A stretch of DNA of 64,000 bases, taken from contig JBMNFY010000017.1 in the NCBI GenBank assembly GCA_050949565.1, positions 1,280,001 through 1,344,000 of the forward strand, given 5' to 3'. Below the pieces are notes generated by a model. That model was not told the origin of the DNA, did not search any database, and worked only from the letters and a program-made list of their open reading frames with translations. The translations under genes and the position numbers were made by a program. Source of the stretch: Kiritimatiellia bacterium (GTDB taxonomy: Bacteria; Verrucomicrobiota; Kiritimatiellia; RFP12; UBA1067). Below, in pieces: positions 59,124 through 64,000 of this stretch (position 1 is its first letter; each line of letters begins with the position of its first letter).

Positions 59124-60317
59124 ATGTCAGGCAGTAGAATCGATAAGCGTGTTTGGAGAAAGTGGGGGAGGCGGGTGGTGCGCACTGTGGCTCTCGTGGC
59201 GGCGGCCGCGTGCGCTTGGCCGCGTCGTGAGCCGGTGTGGCTGGCGGGCGTGGTGCCTGCGCTCAGCCCATTCAATGCTTTGGTAACGTTAGTGGCCGGT
59301 GTCGGCGGGGCCTTTTTGCTGGGTGCGCTTGTGCCTGCGCTGATCAGCGTGATCTGGCCGCGCGCCTTCTGTCGGTGGCTGTGTCCGACCGGAACCTGTC
59401 AGGATGCGCTGGCCGGCTGGGTGCCGCGGCGCAACTGGGTCTCGCGTGTGCCGCGCGTGGGGCTGTGGCTTGTTATGCTGGCGGTTGGTGCGGCGCTGGC
59501 AGGGTATCCGCTCTTCGGTTGGCTTGATCCGTTGGTGATTTTCAATGCGGCGTTCGGTGCGGCGCGGCGTCGGCTTGAGCTGCGCGACTGGCTTGCGGCG
59601 GCTGGCTTGCCTGCGCTGCTGCTGCTCGCGTTTCTCGCTCCCGGACTCTGGTGCGGCCGACTCTGTCCGCTGGGGGCCTTGCAGGACCTGATTCGTTTTC
59701 CCTTCAGGCTGCGGATGTTGGTGGATAAGACGGCGCGACGCCGCGAAAGTGCCGCACTGGGACGCCGCGCGTTTTTGGGTCTCGGATTGGGCGCTGGCTA
59801 CCGTCTGGTTCTGCGCCCCGTACGTGGCGGCACTTCGGAGGCGGCGATCCGCCCGCCGGCCAGTACGGGTGACGCGCGTTTCACGCGGCTCTGCACGCGC
59901 TGCGGAGCGTGCGTGCGGAGCTGTCCCAACGGCATCATTCGTTTCGGCGGCGTCGGCAACGGCTGGGCCGGCGTGCTGGCGCCGGAGGTGACGTTTGATA
60001 ACGGCTATTGCCCGCCTTCCTGCACCCGCTGCGGCCAGGTCTGCCCGAGCGGTGCGATTCCGCGTTTTACGCGGGAAAATAAGTATGTGCGCCCGATGGG
60101 AACGGCGCGCGTGGATGAGGATCATTGCTTAATGATTTCCGGCCGCGAGTGCGGTGCCTGTGTTGGAGCGTGCCTGCACGGTGCGCTCGACATGGTCTGG
60201 GATGCTGAAAACATGACGAGCCGAATCATCATTGATGCTGCACGCTGCACCGGATGCGGCTGTTGCGAGTATGTCTGTCCGGCCTCGACCCAAAAAGCCA
60301 TAAGGATTCGCGCATGA
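59124..60317 (+). CDS. Membrane polyferredoxin (NapH/MauN + NapG/MauM-like fusion)
   Basis: RAFCRWLCPTG, WCGRLCPLG and several CxxCxxCxxxCP motifs; start codon uncertain. Confidence 0.85.
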   Translation: MSGSRIDKRVWRKWGRRVVRTVALVAAAACAWPRREPVWLAGVVPALSPFNALVTLVAGVGGAFLLGALVPALISVIWPRAFCRWLCPTGTCQDALAGWVPRRNWVSRVPRVGLWLVMLAVGAALAGYPLFGWLDPLVIFNAAFGAARRRLELRDWLAAAGLPALLLLAFLAPGLWCGRLCPLGALQDLIRFPFRLRMLVDKTARRRESAALGRRAFLGLGLGAGYRLVLRPVRGGTSEAAIRPPASTGDARFTRLCTRCGACVRSCPNGIIRFGGVGNGWAGVLAPEVTFDNGYCPPSCTRCGQVCPSGAIPRFTRENKYVRPMGTARVDEDHCLMISGRECGACVGACLHGALDMVWDAENMTSRIIIDAARCTGCGCCEYVCPASTQKAIRIRA

Positions 60318-61738
60318 AAATCAAAGCGTTGCTCGCTGACTGCCGCGCCTTTCTCACCAGGGGCGTATGGGAGACCGACTGCCGCACTCTGCCGTGGTTT
60401 CACAGGATCGGCGTGTATGCCGTGCGCCTCGTGTCGCTGGTGCTCTCCGGTTTCAAGAACGACCAGTGCTCGCTGCACGCTGCCTCGCTGACCTTCTTCT
60501 CTCTGATGGCGTTGATCCCGATTCTGGCGCTGACGCTGGCGATGGCGCGCGCGTTCGGTGGCGCGGACTTGGCGAAAGCGCAGTTCGACAAGCACCTGAA
60601 CGCTTGGATGACGCAGATGGAACAGTCGGTCGAGGCGAAGGTGCAGGCCGAGGGTGTTGCAGAGGAGGCGGTGTCGGATGGGGTGGCGCGTGCCTTTTCC
60701 GAGCAGGTGCGGGAGATTGCCGACCAGCTCTTTGCGCAGCTCGACCGGCTTGAGTTTGGCACGCTCGGCGGTATCGGCGCGGTGATGCTGCTCTGGACTG
60801 TGATCGGCATGCTGGGCAAGGTCGAGTCGAGTTTCAACCAAGTCTGGGGAATCGAGTACCAGCGGCCGTTTGTGCGGAAATGTTTCGACTATCTCGGTGT
60901 GTGTCTGATCCTGCCGTTTTTGGTGACGGCGGCATCGAGTGTGCCGGTGGCCTCATTGGTGACCGGCTTCATGGAAAAGACAGTGGGCGGTGTTGTCTCG
61001 GACGCGACGCGCTCGCTGTTGAACAGCGGGCTCTTCAAACATTCGGTGACATTGTTGATCGGCTCGTTGGCTTTCGCCTTCCTGCTGGGTTTCATGCCGA
61101 ACACGCGGGTCAAGCTGGTGCCTGCGCTGGTCGGCGGCTGCGTCACCCTGATCCTGTTCGGTGGATGGCTCAAACTCTGCGCGATGCTTCAAATCGGCAT
61201 CGCCAAATACAGCGCGCTTTACGGAAGCTTTGCGGTGCTTCCGATCTTGTTGCTTTGGGTGTATACGAGTTGGCAGATTGTGCTACTGGGAGCGGAGATC
61301 AGCTTTGCGATGCAGCATCAGGACACCTACGTGCGCGAACAACACGCGGCCGGCGCCAGCCTACGCGCGCGGCTGCTACTGGCGTTGACGCTCTGCGCCG
61401 AAACCGCGCGCCACGCCAAGGCTAACGCGGGCGGCCCGTTCGCGGCGGAGGCCTACGCTGAAAAACACAGGATCCCCGTCCGATTCGTCAACGACATTCT
61501 GGAAGACCTCGTGCGCAACCAGATTTTGGCGGAGGTCGCGGATCGGCCGGGCGAGTACCTGCTCTACCGTTGCGGCGACACGCTCACAGTCGCCGATATC
61601 GCGAAAGTGGTTTTGGATGACGGCGAACCGGCAGAGGCGCTGGGGCTCAACAATCTGAACGATTCCGCACTGGCCTTCAGTGCCGAGCTTAACGAGACCC
61701 TCGCCAAATACTTTGCGCGACCACTAGCCGAGATGTGA
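60314..61738 (+). CDS. YihY/virulence factor BrkB family membrane protein with C-terminal HTH-like domain
   Basis: AASLTFFSLMALIP, ESSFNQVW, PNTRV, YSALYGSFAVLPILLLWVY.SW.IVLLGAEI. Confidence 0.92.
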   Translation: MKIKALLADCRAFLTRGVWETDCRTLPWFHRIGVYAVRLVSLVLSGFKNDQCSLHAASLTFFSLMALIPILALTLAMARAFGGADLAKAQFDKHLNAWMTQMEQSVEAKVQAEGVAEEAVSDGVARAFSEQVREIADQLFAQLDRLEFGTLGGIGAVMLLWTVIGMLGKVESSFNQVWGIEYQRPFVRKCFDYLGVCLILPFLVTAASSVPVASLVTGFMEKTVGGVVSDATRSLLNSGLFKHSVTLLIGSLAFAFLLGFMPNTRVKLVPALVGGCVTLILFGGWLKLCAMLQIGIAKYSALYGSFAVLPILLLWVYTSWQIVLLGAEISFAMQHQDTYVREQHAAGASLRARLLLALTLCAETARHAKANAGGPFAAEAYAEKHRIPVRFVNDILEDLVRNQILAEVADRPGEYLLYRCGDTLTVADIAKVVLDDGEPAEALGLNNLNDSALAFSAELNETLAKYFARPLAEM

Positions 61739-61760
61739 CGGAGAAAAGTAATAGGTAATT

Positions 61761-63158
61761 TTACTCTCGCGGGATGAAGGCGCGGTTCCCGATAACGCGG
61801 ATCGTTTTCCAATGGCCTTGTCGCCAGCGCCACCAGAAGCCTACGGCCAGCACGCACATATACGCGGCGAGCCAGCCCCAGAGTCCGAGAATGCCCACGC
61901 CCGCCCAGAGCAGCAACAATGCACCGGGAACCAGCATCAGCCACGAGCCGATGATCATGTAGATCATGACGAAGCGTGTGTCGCCCGCTCCCTTCAGTGC
62001 GCCGCTCAGGACGATGCTTACGGTATCCAATAGCCCCGAGACGGTCACCAGTAGCAGCATGTTACGTCCTAGCCCCAACATCTCCTCTGCTGTGAACCCG
62101 GCGTTCTTCGGACGGAACAGATCGAAATATGCGTGCGGAAACAGCACGAAGGTTGCGCCGATCACACACATATAGGTCAACCCCATCTTGAGGCCGGTGT
62201 ACCCGGCACGCTGGGAGGCCGCAGGGCGTTGCGCGCCCTGATGTTGGCCCACCACGATCGAGGCTGCCATCCCGAAACCCAAAAGCGGTGCGAAGGCCAG
62301 ATTATTGATGCTGAACGCGATGTTGCTGGTGGCGAACGCCAGTTCGCCCATGCGTCCGGTCAGCATGATGAAAACCATGAACGAGCCGACATCCATCAGC
62401 AACTGCAGGCCGGACGGGGTGCCGAAACGGATGATTCGTGCCAGCAATGCGGTGTCCGGCTTCAGCGCCCGCACCAGACCCAGCGCTTGAAAGACCGGAT
62501 CGCGCCAGAAGAGGGCGAGCTGGATCAGACAGGTTACACCGCTCGATATGATCGTTGCATACGCCGCACCCGCAACACCCATCTCGGGAAACCCCCAGTG
62601 ACCAAAGATCATTGCGTAATTGAGCGCGACGTTCAGCGAGCACCCGAAAGCATTGGAGATCAAGTTGACCGTCGTGCGACCGATGCCCATGAAATAACCG
62701 CCAGCGGCGGAGTTGAGCGGTACGGTGATGCCGCCCACCATCAGGATCAGGAAGTAGGTGCGCTCCGCCGCAGCCACATCGGGCGCGTGGCCGCTCATTG
62801 CGATGATCCAGAGCCCGACCGGGATCAGCAGCAGGATCAGCGGCCATGAGGCGAGCGCCAGCCAAATCCCCTGCGCGGCGGAGCGCACACATTGCTCGGG
62901 TTCTTTGGCACCGTGGTAATGCGCAGTGAACGTGCTTGCATAGCCGGTCACCGCTTGAAAAAAACAGATCAACGTGTGCGCCAGGCTGCCGGCCGGCAGT
63001 GCGGCCTGAATGGCCACGCTGCTGTATCGCGAGAGGAACACACGATCGCAGAACTGCATGATCGTGTACGACGCCATGCTGAGGAGCAGCGGCGCGGCGA
63101 TCCGCCACATTTCACGGTAGCCGCCCGGGAGCGGCGTGTCATCCGGCGGACGGCTCAC
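61761..63158 (-). CDS. MATE family efflux transporter
   Basis: IAAPLLL, LNYAMIFGHWGFPEMGVAGAAYAT, FGTPSG, GALKGAGDTRF. Confidence 0.93.
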   Translation of the reverse strand: MSRPPDDTPLPGGYREMWRIAAPLLLSMASYTIMQFCDRVFLSRYSSVAIQAALPAGSLAHTLICFFQAVTGYASTFTAHYHGAKEPEQCVRSAAQGIWLALASWPLILLLIPVGLWIIAMSGHAPDVAAAERTYFLILMVGGITVPLNSAAGGYFMGIGRTTVNLISNAFGCSLNVALNYAMIFGHWGFPEMGVAGAAYATIISSGVTCLIQLALFWRDPVFQALGLVRALKPDTALLARIIRFGTPSGLQLLMDVGSFMVFIMLTGRMGELAFATSNIAFSINNLAFAPLLGFGMAASIVVGQHQGAQRPAASQRAGYTGLKMGLTYMCVIGATFVLFPHAYFDLFRPKNAGFTAEEMLGLGRNMLLLVTVSGLLDTVSIVLSGALKGAGDTRFVMIYMIIGSWLMLVPGALLLLWAGVGILGLWGWLAAYMCVLAVGFWWRWRQGHWKTIRVIGNRAFIPRE

Positions 63159-64000
63159 AGACGGGCTTCCAGATAGCGCACGTAGTCGGCCACCGCCTGC
63201 TCCAGCGGCAGGAAGACGTGCTCGCAGCCGGCCGCGCGCAGCTTGCGCGTGTCGGCCTCGGTGAAGTACTGGTACTTGTCGCGCAGATGCGGCGGCATGT
63301 CCACGAATTCAATCTTTGGCTCACGCCCCATCGCGACGTAGATCGCGCGTAGCAGATCGATCCAAGAACGGGCCTTGCCGGTACCGCAGTTAAAGAGCCC
63401 CGAAACCTCCGGGCGGTCATGAAAGAAGAGCGTCACGGCGACGGCGTCTTTGACGTACACGAAATCACGCACCTGTCCGCCGTCTTCATACTCCGGCCGA
63501 TGAGAGCGGAACAACGCGAACGCACCGGTCTCGCAGATTTGGTGATAGGCCTTGTGGACCACAGAACGCATCTCGCCTTTGTGCGCTTCACCCGGACCGA
63601 ACACATTGAAGTATTTGAGACCGGCAATGCGATCCAGCCAGCCTTCGCGCAGGGCGATCAGGTCGAATTTCTGCTTCGACCAGCCGTACAGATTCAGCGG
63701 CTGGAGGTGCGGCGTGACCGCATCGTCGTCCGAATAGCCCTGTTCGCCATCGCCATAGGTCGCAGCACTCGAGGCGTAGATGAAGCGTGTGCCGTTGCCT
63801 AGACACCATGTACACAGTTCATGCGTGGTGCCGGTGTTGTTGTCATCCAGATAGGCTTGGTCGGTTTCGGTGGTCGAGCTGCACGCACCGAGATGAAAGA
63901 GCGTCCGGGCCGGTGCGATTTGTCCGGCGCGCAATGCTTCGCGGAATGCGTCGCGGTCGAGGTAGCGACGGTAGGCGAGCGCCGCCAGATTCCGCTCCTT
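63155..64000 (-). CDS. rfaD: ADP-L-glycero-D-manno-heptose 6-epimerase (5' part outside window)
   Basis: HLGACSSTTE, YASSAATYG, PLNLYGWSK, YFNVFGPGEAHKG, RDFVYV, YQYFTEAD. Confidence 0.95.
   Translation of the reverse strand, partial: KERNLAALAYRRYLDRDAFREALRAGQIAPARTLFHLGACSSTTETDQAYLDDNNTGTTHELCTWCLGNGTRFIYASSAATYGDGEQGYSDDDAVTPHLQPLNLYGWSKQKFDLIALREGWLDRIAGLKYFNVFGPGEAHKGEMRSVVHKAYHQICETGAFALFRSHRPEYEDGGQVRDFVYVKDAVAVTLFFHDRPEVSGLFNCGTGKARSWIDLLRAIYVAMGREPKIEFVDMPPHLRDKYQYFTEADTRKLRAAGCEHVFLPLEQAVADYVRYLEARL

Overview
This is a GC-rich bacterial chromosomal window. The gene content and protein style (MoxR-DUF58-BatA-VWA operon, Tat-exported Gfo/Idh/MocA and hydrolases, large LamG/autotransporter-repeat surface proteins, BspA) suggest a PVC-group organism, probably Kiritimatiellia/Lentisphaeria (inference). 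Housekeeping genes include tpiA, aroA, zwf, cmk, feoB/feoA, a fabG-like SDR, partial rfaD/hldD, GT4/GT9, MATE and YihY. One complete 1650-bp IS has perfect 20-bp TIRs and a 5-bp TSD. Most interesting: (1) a minus-strand island at ~9.9-18.1 kb organised like a polymorphic toxin locus, with a structured leader, a small secreted partner, a 1639-aa multidomain protein ending in a clan-CD (caspase/CHAT/C25-like) His-Cys domain, two tandem secreted PepSY-like paralogs (candidate immunity/inhibitors) and a broken orphan module; (2) a shared C-terminal P-x(1-3)-G-[TA]-x-[IL]-x-[VLI]-[RK] tail on three unrelated proteins (candidate lineage-specific sorting signal); (3) a four-helix-bundle gene bracketed by two perfectly 9-bp-periodic TCGA arrays, plus many 7/8/9-mer arrays sitting on stop codons and intergenic mosaics of REP/MITE-like elements. 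No rRNA, tRNA or CRISPR array was recognised. All domain calls come from motif recognition by eye; no database searches were run.
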